Shown here piece by piece: positions 24,570-37,820 of a stretch of 64,000 bases of DNA (position 1 is its first letter; each line of letters opens with the position of its first letter). The stretch lies in contig NW_024704742.1 in NCBI RefSeq assembly GCF_018977255.1, positions 10,914,001-10,978,000 on the forward strand, written 5' to 3'. Under the pieces are notes generated by a model. The model saw only the letters and a program-made list of their open reading frames with translations, was not told the DNA's origin and made no database searches. Position numbers and translations under genes: made by a program. This stretch comes from Callorhinchus milii. Its lineage: Eukaryota.

Positions 24570-24930
24570 ACTCGCCTCGCAAGCAAGAGACCTGGGTTCG
24601 ATTCCTGGAAGAGCGATAGGTTGGACAAGTTTCCTTACCACACGCCACTGTTTACCAAGCAGTAAGTAGAAACCCGGTTGTTAATCGATTGATGGATTGC
24701 TTTACCAGGGATAATAATCCTTGTTTGTGGGACATTGCTGTGCTCAAATGGGCTGCTACGCTTTAGTACAAAAACGCGGCAGCCAATTGCACACTGCCAT
24801 GTGCGATTGGCTGCTGCATTTCACCCACAAATATACAATCAATTCATTTTACAGTATATTTTGTGAAGCGCTTTGAGACATCTAGAAGATGTGAAAAGCG
24901 CTATATCAAATGCAAGGATTATTATTATTA
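24570..24930 (+). mobile_element. tRNA-derived SINE with internal rearrangement
   Basis: ctcgcctcgcaagcaagagacctgggttcgattcc head; rearranged 24721-24821; normal tail. Confidence 0.9.
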
Positions 24931-25596
24931 TGTGTCCACTGTCACCAATCAATTTTAATTGCTTCTGCTTTAAGAACCACGAAGGATTGCTTTTTTGCTA
25001 CCTCCTTCAGAAATCAAAAGATGGTATTTCCTCTCTGAGCTTAACTTTCCAAATGTACTTGAAAGTTGTTCCTATGATCGGAATAATGCAATTGAACAAG
25101 AGGTGTCTACAATGCCGTAAATCTCAGATGAGACCATTCTTATAGCTTGTATCCTTTGGATGGTGACTTTGGTGAGTAATGACACAAATTGTATGTTGAG
25201 TTGTGGTAAATATTGGTTTGTGGATATTTGACTATTCTGGGCATATTTTAACTCAGATAAACCTTGAAAATAATCTTTCACCTAATCGCATTAGGTTTTA
25301 AGGATTTGCTGTCACTTACACTCCCCTTCCCATGTTCTTGAGCACGGTTCCATCATGTTGGTAGTTCAGTGCATCAGATTCCTGTGCACTCATCTCCTAA
25401 TTGCAAGGTGATACTTCAATTTGTTAGTCAGGCTCTGTTGGTAGCATTCTTGTCTCCAGGTCAGAATGTTGTAGATTCAAGCTCTAGATTAGGAGTCTGA
25501 GCTCTTAATCTAGCCTGACACTCCAGTACAGTAATGAGGGAGCACTACATTGTCAAACATGCCCATCTTTCAGATATGCCATCCTTCACATGACAA

Positions 25597-25848
25597 GAAC
25601 AACAAATTACATTTTTATAGCACCTTTCATGTCAGGAGGACATCCCAAGGCACCGGACAGTCAGCGATCTGCACCTGAGCTGATGGTTAGGATCAGGAAT
25701 GGTGGAGGGCTGGGAGGGTAGGGGTAGGAGGGTGACTGAAGGCACGGTCAAAGAGGAGGGTCTTGAAGGAGGCAAGGGAGGGAACAAGGCAGAGGGACTG
25801 TGAGATGGAGTTCCAGAGGGTGGGGACAGAGAGGCTGAAGGCCAAGGT
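25597..25848 (-). mobile_element. L2 3' fragment
   Basis: (CAA)n aattacattt tail; reverse-complemented L2 3' UTR. Confidence 0.88.
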
Positions 25849-26032
25849 CCTTTCTGCTTGTTCAAGTGGAGTCTAAAGATCCCATGGCACTATACAAGTG
25901 AGTTTTCCCCATGTCCTATCCAACCATCCTCCAAATAAAATTGATCATTCTCTTCATGGCTCTTTGTGGGATATTACTGAATGTCAATCGGTTGCTATCT
26001 TTACCTATGAATACACAGTCATTAAACTTTAC

Positions 26033-26398
26033 AATAATAATAATCCTTGGATTTGATATAGCACCTTATCACGTCTTCTAGACATCTCAAAGCGCTTCAC
26101 AGAATATACTGTAAAGTGAATTGACTGTACATTTGTGGGTGAAATGCAGCAACCAATGCGCACAGCAGTGTCCCACAAACAGTCGTGGATTGAGTCACCA
26201 AATTATTATTTTTTTTTAGGTATTATTATCCCCGGAAAAGTGATCCACCAATCGACTAACAACTGGGTTCCTACTTACTACTAGGTAAACAGAGGCGGAG
26301 GAGTAAGGAAACTTGCCCAACATTTAACCCTGCCAGGAATACAACCCAGGTCTTTTGCTTGCGAGGCAAGTGCTCTCACCACTGAGCTACAGGACTCC
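26033..26398 (-). mobile_element. tRNA-derived SINE, full length
   Basis: Complete reverse-complement copy; ACAAT at 26031-26035 and 26399-26403 is a probable TSD. Confidence 0.93.
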
Positions 26399-28069
26399 AC
26401 AATCACTGTGAAGTGCCTGAGACATTTTAATATAGATGCTCTATGAAATGTAACAATTTGTATTTATGTAGTCCCTCACGCAGATAGGATCTCGGAGCGC
26501 TTAGTGAGTCAATCCTTAAATGTAAGGATTATCATTAAGAGACATCTTTCATTCAAACCCACTCACCTCATCTGAGTTTTTATCAATCAGACTAGTAAGA
26601 GACATCCCATAAGGCAACCCTCAAATAGGAAGTAAAACTTGCAATTACTGACTCAAATATAGGCCAGTCCTTGTATTATCCTTACAAGCCTATGGTGTAC
26701 TCTTTCAATCACTGCCATAACCTTCCTTTAGTGTGGAGATCAGAATTGGACACAGTACAAGGTTTGGTACAAATTTGAGAGTATTTGCGAGTAAATTTAT
26801 ATTACTCAATAAACCAGGATGGCTGGAAACCAGGAATATGTGTTGCATTATCTACACTGAGGTAAGTTTCAAGATACAATAGTTCCTCACTTAAAACAGT
26901 ACCAAGTTATTTGGATCTATTACGGACAGATGGACAGAAAAGGCTTAAAAGTAAGTCCTATGAGAATCACTAAGTTAAGTCACGTAAAAAGACAAAGTTT
27001 ACAACCAGAATGTTTAAACCACTTCACTTTGACCCTTAAACTTAATTATAGAAAAGGGAACATTCTTGTTCAGCTGTATGGAGTCAATAAACTGCTGGCA
27101 AAGACCACTGTTCATGGCTTTTTAACATTTGTAGCAATTTAAATGTTCTCAAGTTATTCACAGTATTTTTTATTTTCCTCTTTCACAAGACGAGCCACCA
27201 TTTAGTCAGGCCCAAGTAGCAGAAGTCTATTCACTAATATGTTCTGTCAGTGAATAGGTCTGAGACAAACCCTTTATCTTCCAGAGGAAAGAGACAACAG
27301 ACTTAAGGAATGTTTACAAGACATGCTTGTTGAAACATAATTTCATGATAATAATAGTATGCAGTTAGGTTTCTGACTTTGATGGGGGCTTATAGGGAAA
27401 AGTAAGGCTATGATAAGCTCCTGCAGTTATTATCTAGAAAAATCAATTATCTACTCTGAAGGAACAACGATCACCAGAAGTCTGGAAAGATGAGAGAGAC
27501 TGAGGATTAATGGAGCAGTTGGTGCAATATTGATCAGGTCCTAGTTCTGTAACGGATTGACTGGATACGACTACAAACAGAGCAAAAGTCAGGGCTTGCC
27601 AAATACCATTTGAGAGGATGTTTTCAGTGTCAACACAATCAGGCACAGAGCTCAACAGTTCCAACACACACACTGTCTTCATGCTTCCAAAGTGAGCAAC
27701 AAATTCCCTGAACGAGATTGGTTATACCTTCAAGGCTGTTTATGGGATATTAATGTGTGCAGATTGGCTGTCATGTTTGCATGCAAATATAAACGGACTC
27801 ACTACACTTTACAGTAAAATTCTGTAAATTGAAACGTTCTCCGAAAGATGCTTTATCAAATGTAAGGATTATTATTATAAGTATATAGTTTCATTTGGAG
27901 AGGTCGCACCAGTATATTTTTAAATAGCTGATTGGCCTTCTCCAGTGTTATAATTTTTATGATTCTTTTTTGCAATCCGTCAACCGATGGTCTGCGAACA
28001 TTTCCTCTCAGGGCAGGTGATAAAAAGGAGTGCCATTAAAGCCTAGCAGCCACAGCAGTTTGATATAAA

Positions 28070-28360
28070 ATTAATCTTTGTATTTAAATTAGTTCCTTTC
28101 ACATCTGCAGGATGTCTCAATACGCTTCACAGGATTCACTATGCAGTAGGTGAATGCAGCAGCCAACTTGCACACTGCAATGAGCCACAAACAGCCACAA
28201 AGTGAATGTCCGATTTTATTTTGGCAAGATTGTTGGCCGGGACACCGGGAGAAATACCCTTCACCCTTTTTGCGTTTGGGTGTTAGAGTAGAGTGCGAGC
28301 ATGGGGCTTGAACCCACAACCTTTTTACTCAGAGGCAAGAGTACTACTAATTAAGACAGA
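28070..28360 (-). mobile_element. Deu-domain SINE, internally deleted
   Basis: gttggccgggacaccgggagaaa plus head ggggcttgaacccacaacc...actcagaggcaagagt. Confidence 0.8.
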
Positions 28361-28574
28361 CTGAATTGACAAAGCTGCAAGTTATTGATGTGTCAGAATT
28401 GTTTCTTTAGGGCCTGGTAGAGGCAGTGCGGTTAGAACCAGAAATAAGTTTTCTTTGACCCCAGCTCAGAGCCAGCTGCTCTTCCTAGCTGCAAGGTGCA
28501 GACTGTCATAATCCATGTTCCTAACATACTATAGGTTCAATTACTCAGGAATGCTTCATCCATTCAATTTAATT

Positions 28575-29199
28575 CATCCATTCACACGTTTATAACATCT
28601 AGGCTCGACTATACCAACTCCCTGCTTGTCAGCCTTTGCAATTTTCCCCTCCACAAGCTGCAGATTATCTAGAATTCTGCAACTCGTGTCCTCACCTGCA
28701 CCAGGATCCGTGACCCAATCACCCCGACCCTCATCCAGCTTCACTGGCTCCCAATCCCCGAGAGGATAGAATTCAAAATACCCATCCTCACCTTCAAAGC
28801 CCTCCATAGTCTTGCTCCTTCCTAGCTCTGTGACCTGCCATGAATCAACCCGCCCACCATGAATCAACCCGCCCGCTCCCTCCCCTCAGCAGGCCTGCTC
28901 CACGTCTCCTGCTCCACCCGCCCTACCATTGGCGGGCGGGCCTTCAGTTTCTCTGTCCCCACCCTTTAGAACTTGATCCTACATTCCCTTCAGCTTGTTT
29001 CCTCCCTTACCTCCTTCAAGGCATGTCTCAAGACTCTCTTCTTAGACAGTGCATATGACCACCCTCCTACCCCTACCTTCCCTGCCTTCCAACCTCCTGA
29101 TCCCAACTTTCAGCTCAGGTCCAAATCTCTGACTGTCATGCACCTTGGGACATCCTCCTGATGTGAAAGGCGCTATACAAATGTAATTTGTTGTTGTTG
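28575..29199 (+). mobile_element. L2 LINE, 5'-truncated, diverged
   Basis: Degraded SRLDY.NSLL...LQII.NSA.RVL...LHWLPI..RI.FKI; tail gggacatcctcctgatgtgaaaggcgctatacaaatgtaatttgttg. Confidence 0.92.
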
Positions 29200-29637
29200 C
29201 TTAAGTGGTTTAAATGACTCACCATTATATCACCTACAAGGCCATAAATTACCAAACAGGTCATGGGACGGCATTGAATGAGATGATGCTTTGAGAGTGG
29301 CTTCCCTTTGAGTAACCTGTCAGACCACATGTGATAACACTAATTATTTCCTCTATGACAGATTAAGCTGTTAGTCTTAGTGTGAAATTAGCATTTGATG
29401 ACCCATTACTCCACAATATAAAAAGTGCCTCTGTATCAGTTCAGGCTGACTGAATCAGCTGCATATCCTGATGTAAACCTGCACATGTGAAAGCCGAAGA
29501 ACATAAAGAAAAGAAAGGAAATGGTTTTGTCTGGACACAGTGGTGGCTCTAACACACATCGATTCTTCTTCTCCAGGCTCTTCTCCAGGCTGTGTCACAA
29601 CTCCAAGTCAACCAAGTTTCCGCATCAAACTGTGTAC

Positions 29638-30343
29638 AGTTATGTAGCTCAGTGGTTAAACCACTCGCCTCGCAAACAAGAGGATCTAGGTTCAATTCTC
29701 AGGCAGGATAAAACAATGCGCAAGTTTCCTTACTCCACATGCCTCTGTTTACCAAGCAGTAAGTAGAAACCTAGTTCTTAGTTGATTGGTGGGTCGCTTT
29801 TCCAGGGATAATAAACCCTTCAAAAAAATAATAATAATTATAATAACTTGGTCACTCAATTCACGACTGTTTGTGGGACACTGCTCTGTGCATTTGGCTG
29901 CCGAGTTTCGCTCACAAAACAGTCAATTCACTTTACAGTATATTCTGTGAAGCGCTTTGAGACGTCTCGAAGACGTGATAAGGCACTATATCAAATGCAA
30001 CAACAACAACAACAAGATTCCATTTATTGAGCGCCTTTCACGTCAGAAGGACGTCCCAAGGCGCTGTACAGTTGGGTCAGGACCCAAGCAAGGGGGAAAT
30101 GGTCAGGGTGAGGGGAGGGAAGGGAGGGAGCGAGGAGGGGGTAGAGAGTCGAGAGGGCAGCTGAAGGCACGGTCAAAAAGAAAGGTCTTGAGACCGGCTT
30201 TAAAGGAGGAAAGGGAGAAGGCAAGGCAAAGGCACTGGGGGATAGTTCCAGAGCCTAGGGGCTGAGAGGCTGAAGGCCCGGCCACCGATGGTAGGGCAGT
30301 TGGGGCAGGTGATGTGGAAATGCAAAGATTATTATTATATTAT
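29638..30343 (+). mobile_element. tRNA-derived SINE whose tail is split by an L2
   Basis: Family sequence 29638-30000; tail resumes at 30318 (aaatgcaaagattattatt). Confidence 0.9.
30001..30317 (-). mobile_element. L2 LINE, 5'-truncated, young family
   Basis: Same family as 3770-4195; TSD AAATGCAA at 29993-30000 and 30318-30325. Confidence 0.95.
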
Positions 30344-30872
30344 AAGGGAGCAGGCAGAGAAGTGTGGCAATAGCAGGTAAGAGAGGTATAGAGATGTTAG
30401 TGCATGGAGTGATTTGTATGTGAGGGTGAAGATTTGGTCACATCCACCTAGTCTGTGGGTGTTGTAGAATTGATGGATCGGTTCAACTTTTCTCAGTTCC
30501 ATGCTTTATTATGTTCTTAAATACATATGTACTGTGGTATTTACATTACTGCTGTACTCAGTGGCACTTCAGCAAGATAGCTGTTCTTTGCCGATAATCC
30601 TGTACTGTGCCATCTTGTCAGCTTTCATGAGCTATTGCAGAGCCCCAATTTCAAGAAGAAGCCTGACTTTCATGTAATATGGTTAGGTGTAAAGTCACAA
30701 GAAGAACCATTAAATCATGCCTTAAATCAATCCCCAACAGAACCCGACTGCCTAAGAATTTAATTTGGACAATGCAAGTCAAAATATCTGTAAACTTTTA
30801 CAATGGAAGGTCAAACAGGTTTATTCTGGAGCAAAGAACCTTGAGCATTAATTAACTCAATGAGGTGAAAAT

Positions 30873-31270
30873 GCCAGTCTAGCTCAATTTATAGCACTCT
30901 TGCCTTTGAGTCAGAAGGTTGTGTGTTCTAGCCCCATATCGGGACTTGAACTCTCATAGTCAAAGATGATGCTCCAATGCATTGCTGGGGGGATGTTTCA
31001 AATGAGATCTTAAACTGAGATCCCATCTGCCTGTCAGATGGTTAAATATCCCACAGCACTGTTCACAAAGAGAAGGGACTTTCTCCCTGTGTCCTGGCCA
31101 ACAATCCCCCAAAATAAAATTGGTCATTCACTTCATGGCTGTTTGTGGGACATTGTTTTGTGCAAATGGGATGCTGCGTTCATTTACAAATACACAGTCA
31201 CTCTTGTAATAAAATCTTGTGAAGCACTTTGAGGCATCTTCCCAACATGAAAGAAGCTGTATCAAATGTA
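30873..31270 (+). mobile_element. Deu-domain SINE
   Basis: tagcactcttgcctttgagtcagaaggttgtgtgttc head; Deu core; tail. Confidence 0.85.
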
Positions 31271-31335
31271 TCATTAAAAAAAATATTTGGTATGTGATAT
31301 ATATGTGATATTTATCACATCATCTTTTTCACCCC

Positions 31336-31640
31336 AACAACAACAACAAATTACATTTGTATAGCGCCTTTCACATTGGGAGGATGTCTCAAGGTGCTGA
31401 ACAGTCAGTGGGTTGGGATCAGGGTGGGTGGAGGGCAGGGAGGGTAGATGTAAGAAGGTGGCCGATTGCGCGGTCGAAAAGGAAGATCTTGAGATGTCCT
31501 TGAAGGAGGCAAGGGAGGGAGCAAGACAAAGGAACTGGGGGATGGAGTTCCAAAGGGTGGGGGCACAGAAGCTGAAGGCCCTACTGTCGATGATGGGGCG
31601 GGCTGTGCGGGGATGTGGAGCAGGCCGGAGCCTGCTGAGA
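31336..31640 (-). mobile_element. L2 3' fragment
   Basis: (CAA)n tail; minus-strand SAGSGLLHIP... Confidence 0.88.
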
Positions 31641-32369
31641 GTTGGATCGACATGTTATTGCTGTAGAGCCTCAACAAAATATCATATCTCACCTTTGTGA
31701 GCTGAAGGATCTTTCCAACTACTCTAGTGGGGACTTTCATTGCAGATGTTTTACTGCATTGGAATTGCAAAACATTTTCAGCTGCAAAATATCAACCAGA
31801 TTGTAAACTTTATTTGGGCAAATTCCACTGAAAGGGTTAGTCACTGTTTACACCTTCTGCTTTCAAAGAAAACACTGATAATTACATTGAAGATGTATTT
31901 GCTTAGCCAGTATAATTAAATTGTGCTAATTGAAAAAGGATATAAATTCCAGAGTGCAAAGAAATTGCCAACACTGGGTTTCAAGCAATCTGTTAATTTG
32001 TTGTCAGTAATCCTATTTATTTTTACAGAATTTTAAAATTAAAATATTCATGCTTTTTAGCAAGGGAGTTTATTATATTTAAGATTGCTCTCTCTCTCTC
32101 TCCTAAGCTTTTATTCCATGTTATTTTCTAAACTGTAACCTCTGAAGGCTCTTGAGGCCATACCACAAGGAAGCCCTTTGTTTCTGCAGAACAATAGTAT
32201 GTGGGGTAATCAAGCTGAACAGTGCTTCTGGCTCAAATGTCCTCATACTTTTCAGCCTGGGCTAGGCTGAGATGCCGGGCCAGCAATTTCTGGACCTGGT
32301 GGTTAATATAAACCTTCTGGTGATATGAGACTGGTGAAATGGAAACAGCTGTTCCATTTTGAGAGTTTA

Positions 32370-32655
32370 CAACAACAACTTGCATTTATATAGCACCCCT
32401 CACCCAGGGTAGAATTCCAGAGCGCTTGACAGTGGCGGAGCATGACACCGAGCCCAGGGCAGGAGGAGGTCCATACGCACGGTCGAAAAGTGGCTGAAAG
32501 TGCGGCCACCGATGGTGGAACGGAAGGCATGTGGAACATGCAAAAGGCTGGAGCCAGTCGAGCGGAGGCATTGGGTTGTGGGTTGGGGGGTAAGCAGTTC
32601 AGAGAGGCAGGGAGGAGCCAAGGCTCGAAGGGATTTGAAAACGAGTGAGAGGAAA
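32370..32655 (-). mobile_element. L2 3' fragment, third tail type
   Basis: Minus-strand APPCLSELL...LRSTGSSLLHVP...IGGRTFS; tail variant ..ctaccctgggtgaggggtgctatataaatgcaagttgttg. Confidence 0.85.
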
Positions 32656-35600
32656 GTTTACACAGACAATTGCTTCTGTGTTGTTTCCTTTACTTCGGAT
32701 TTTGCCCTGGAGAGTAAACATTGGCAGAATGCGAGCACCTGCAGTGTCGAGGTACTTTAGAATGGTTTTATGAGTAGGCACAGGTAGTAAAATGTTACTT
32801 ATTACCCCTTACATTGTCAATTTGATTTTCATTTGTGTCTCTTTGTGAACACTTCTTTTGTGGTAGATAGACTGCAGTGGGCTTTAATGAATTGATTGCA
32901 TTGTCTTACTATGGGAGTCAGTTTAGTGTATGAGAATGATATATTTTGCCAAGGCAGCACATTGCAGCTCCATTGCATATGCCTAGGGGTGGCAGATTGT
33001 TGGATTGCACTCTGGATTTGACACCAAGTGAGCTTCTAATCTCAAGTACGCATAGGCAGGAAGCTCGGTCCATATATTCTTCTTCCCCCTATCGACACAT
33101 ACAGGCATATAGGAAAGGGGAGGATTCTTTCACATCCTTCTTTGTAGATACTTGCAAAGGGAGAAGGACAATCTCTGCCAATTTTAGATAGTGTATTGGG
33201 AGATCTGCATAATGTGCCAAGACCCATGGTGCAAAACACCACCCTGATGGAAAAAAATAATAAAATAATGATAATAATCCTTGCACTTGATGTAGTGTCT
33301 TAGCACGTTTTTGAGATAGGTCTCAAGGCACTTCACACTTCACAACACTGTAAAGTGGTTTGACTGTGTTATTACCAATTACAGCTCCATTGCACAAGTT
33401 TAGGGATGGTACAATGCTGGCTTGAGCTCCTAATGTGAAAGGTTCCATATGAAATGCAAAACTTATTGTTGAGTTTTATTTTATTATTAATCTCCTTCAC
33501 TTACCAAAATGTACATCATATCCCAAACATACATAACACTGGAGCTGAATTCCCGCAGATCACCATATTGTACTTCTAGTTTCCTTGATAAGGAATTCCT
33601 TTTGCCCACAAAACATACAATCGATTCACTTTACGGTATATTCTATGACGCGCTTTGAGACGTCTGGTAGACTTGATAAGGCACCATATCAAAAGCAAGG
33701 ATTATTATTCCAGTGGAAATATCAGCATGTTTGTCTCGTTGATGTATGAGGTGAGATTATATAATTCTTGCGTTTACTATAGCATCAAAACCTCAAAGGA
33801 CTTCACAAATAATTGCTGTCAAGTGTAGCGGCTATATATTTATAGATAAACACCACAGCCAAGTTGTACTACGCAAGATTTCCCTGAAATATCAATTTAT
33901 CTGGCAGATAATACGGCCAGCACAGAAGTGAATGAGTGGCATTGTGAAATAATGTCTTTCCACTTCCCCTCCCAGGACTGTAGGAGCAGCAGTACTTGAA
34001 GGCCAAGAAGCCTGCAGCTGCTTTCACATTAAAATAATTGATTCTGTGCATCATCAGCATAAACTGCAAGCATTCACTAAGCATTTCTTTTGATTATAAG
34101 CTCCTTTTCAACAGCAATTGTTTCCTAATTGTTTGTACACCATTATAAAACCAAGATTTGTACATCAAAAGCAAGTACATTTTGTGTGATCAACACTGCA
34201 AGGATCTGCGATGCTCAATATCATACCCAGCTGAAAATTTCTATGACCTTGGATGCATCTTCAATCTTCAATAAGATTTCAGCCTTAATGTAAAGATCGG
34301 TTTATTCCTAAAGTATCGTTCAAATATTTTAACATTCAAACATGGATAAATTCAAGAAATATTTTGCAATATTTTCAATTTTATGGCTTTGCTTGAGGGA
34401 ACATTTTGTCCTTGGAGGAACATATATTTGCCAATAATATGTAAAAAGATTTACAGTTGCAATATGCATCAATACTGCCAAAAGCACACATTACGTTTTG
34501 CCTACAAACTATACAATCAACTCACTTTACAGTATATTCTAGGAAGTGCATTTAGATGTCTCGAAGACATGATAAAGTGTTATATCAAATGCAAGGATTA
34601 TTATTATTAGTTATGTTCTGAAGATAGATAGACGTACAAAAATGAGGGCACGTTGAGTGTCAATATTTTTAAACAAATGAGAGGTGAAGAGCAAGTTGGG
34701 GAAGATGTATCACCATCCTCTTGTCAAGAAGAAGGTCCTCAATCAGAGGGATCTTTTACGTAGAGGGAAATGAGAATGTTGACCCCACTGTTGGAAACTG
34801 TGGTTGAAGCAAAAAGCATCAACATTTTTAAGAAGGAACTTGCATACACAAGAGAAAAGTAAAAATGCTGTATAAGAGACGTATGGAGGTTTATTTTGAA
34901 TATTATTATGATTATTTGGAATATAAATACTGGTGAGACTAGTTGAACGAAATTAGCCTGATTCTTTACTGTATCATTCCATCTATGAAATTCTCAGGTT
35001 ATAAATGTTTCTGTAGCTTTTCTGCATGTTCAATATTTATATTATGTATTTTAGCCTCTAATTTCCAATATTAATAATAATAATCCTTGCATTTGATATA
35101 GGGCTTCATCACATCTTCAAGACATCTCAAAGCACTTCATAGAATATATTGTAAAGTGTAGAGGCTGTTATATTATATAAATAAAATATTTATTTATATT
35201 TTATAAACATTCTATTTGATAAATTCAGTTCATAAACACAGGAATGTCCCCTTCATTGAGGATACAATTCATGTTAACATTCAATGTCTAAGCTTTGGAG
35301 CTTACAGAATTATTGTTTAACCAGATAACTGTAGAGCCAAGCTTTAGGAAAGTTGTGACTCTGAGGAAAAATCATGTGCCAAAAAACATTTGATGCTATT
35401 AAACATGGGCAGTGGGTTAAGTATTCTGGGGGGAAGAAATCAACTGAGCCAAAGAGTCAAAAGTTCATCCAGACCTCTCTTGTGATTTCAACGTTATCGT
35501 CATTCTATCAAATCATGGATTATTATGATCCTAACTAATTTTCCTATAATACTGTGCCTCCAAGAGCAGGGAAGAGCTAATAACTCAACCATTGATCATA

Positions 35601-36923
35601 CTCAAGGAAAAAATGCAAGACTCCCCAGAGAGACTCACACACCATAGCTACTACCTACAGATGTACGGATGATTGTCCCAAAGGAAAACATTGACTCAAT
35701 CATTGAAGTTGAGCAATCTGCCCTCAGGGCTCCATTGATCAAAAGATGGGGAAGAAAGATGGACATGTGGAGAATAGGAACACAATATAATGCTTTATGA
35801 TCCTGCTAGGAGCTCTCCCCGTGGGATATATTATTGTGCACGAATGGGCATTGAGCTGGTAAAGGGAGTGAAATTTAGCATTCTGTGTTGAATTGGGATA
35901 GAACCAGAATACAGGAAGTAGTTTTGTCTGCTGTTTGATCGCTGACTGTCAATAGAGAAATCTTCCACATTGTCAACAAGGCTACTTTCCATTACCATTG
36001 TGTATTCTATAAAAATGGGAACGAATCATCATAGTACTTGTCCATTTAGGACTTGCCTTACCCTTTGGTTTAGCTTTAGCTTATTGATTGCCAACCATAT
36101 CTCCTCATAGCCAACTCAGTCATCAGCAGATTTCATTTTCCTCCCCTCCCTCTCCCAAGAGAATAGTTGCCTGTTGGTAATCAGACTGCTAACATGCATG
36201 GTAATAATTCTCATGTTTCATATCACTGCTTCATTTCAAGAGGATGTCTCAAAGGATATACCGTATCCTTCACAATATATGCTGTAAAGTGTAGCAACTG
36301 TGTATTTTGTAGGCGAACATACAAATAAAGGGGAACTAAAGATAGCTGGCACCAAGATCTCCTCCTGAACAGTATTGTGAGCAATACAGTTACACTTTAA
36401 GTCACCATCTGTCAAATCACATGCTGTTAGGATATAATATCTTGGGATACAGTATATAGTTTGAGACATAACATGTGCATGCGATGGCCAGGATGGTGGA
36501 AGATGAACTGGATGGACCTTGGTCATCTTTCGTCTAACAATTCTTATGTTCTCATGCCACTTCCAGTTAGAGGTACAAAACTTTATTATGAGTTGGTTAA
36601 CACACTGTCTAGAATAGACACGGAGTAAAGTTTCCTCCTTCACAAATCCTGACTGTTATTTTAGCTTCCTGCAAACGATCAAGCTTAATATCAAGGATAA
36701 TCATGATTGGAGATTCACAGAGATACCTGTTTCAAAGAGAGACAGAATTCTGGTTATCTGGCAGATTGATTTCAACATCTACAGTTGATGCTCTATAAAT
36801 GTCTGTCTGATTCACTCATAAAATCCCAATGCACCAAATTGCTTTCTTTGCCTTGTATGAAAATTTTAAGCATAGGAATGAAAGATGGTACTTCTGAGAA
36901 TCTTTTGGAGTTCAGTTTGTCAT

Positions 36924-37096
36924 CAACAACAACAAGATTGCATTTATATAGCGCCTTTCACGTCGGGAAGACGTCCCAAGGGCGCTGGACAGTTGGGTTG
37001 GGACTCGAGCAGGGGGGAAATGGTCAGGGTGAGGGAAGGGAGGGTGCGAGGAGGGGGTAGAGAGTCGAGAGGGGAGGCGAAGGCACGGTTGCTAAA
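36924..37096 (-). mobile_element. L2 3' UTR fragment, young family
   Basis: Similar to the 3' UTR portion of 3770-4195. Confidence 0.9.
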
Positions 37097-37184
37097 AGAT
37101 CGCTTTGATTCCATGTGATGATCACAAGAGAGGTTGAGATAAAGAAGGCCCTTTGCCATATTTTATCTCATCCTTCCCGAATAA

Positions 37185-37820
<636 letters not shown>

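Larger units (their letters stand above)
25425..26455 (+). mobile_element. Deu-domain SINE interrupted by an L2 and a tRNA-SINE
   Basis: Head and Deu segments at 25425-25590 and 25850-26032; tail resumes at 26399 (acaatcactgtgaagtgc...aaatgtaa). Confidence 0.8.

Noticed and set aside
28838..28873. Short tandem duplications inside repeats (also ~15790-15890, 11221-11254, 46450-46482)
   Set aside because: Ordinary slippage events; no spacer-repeat periodicity, so not CRISPR-like.
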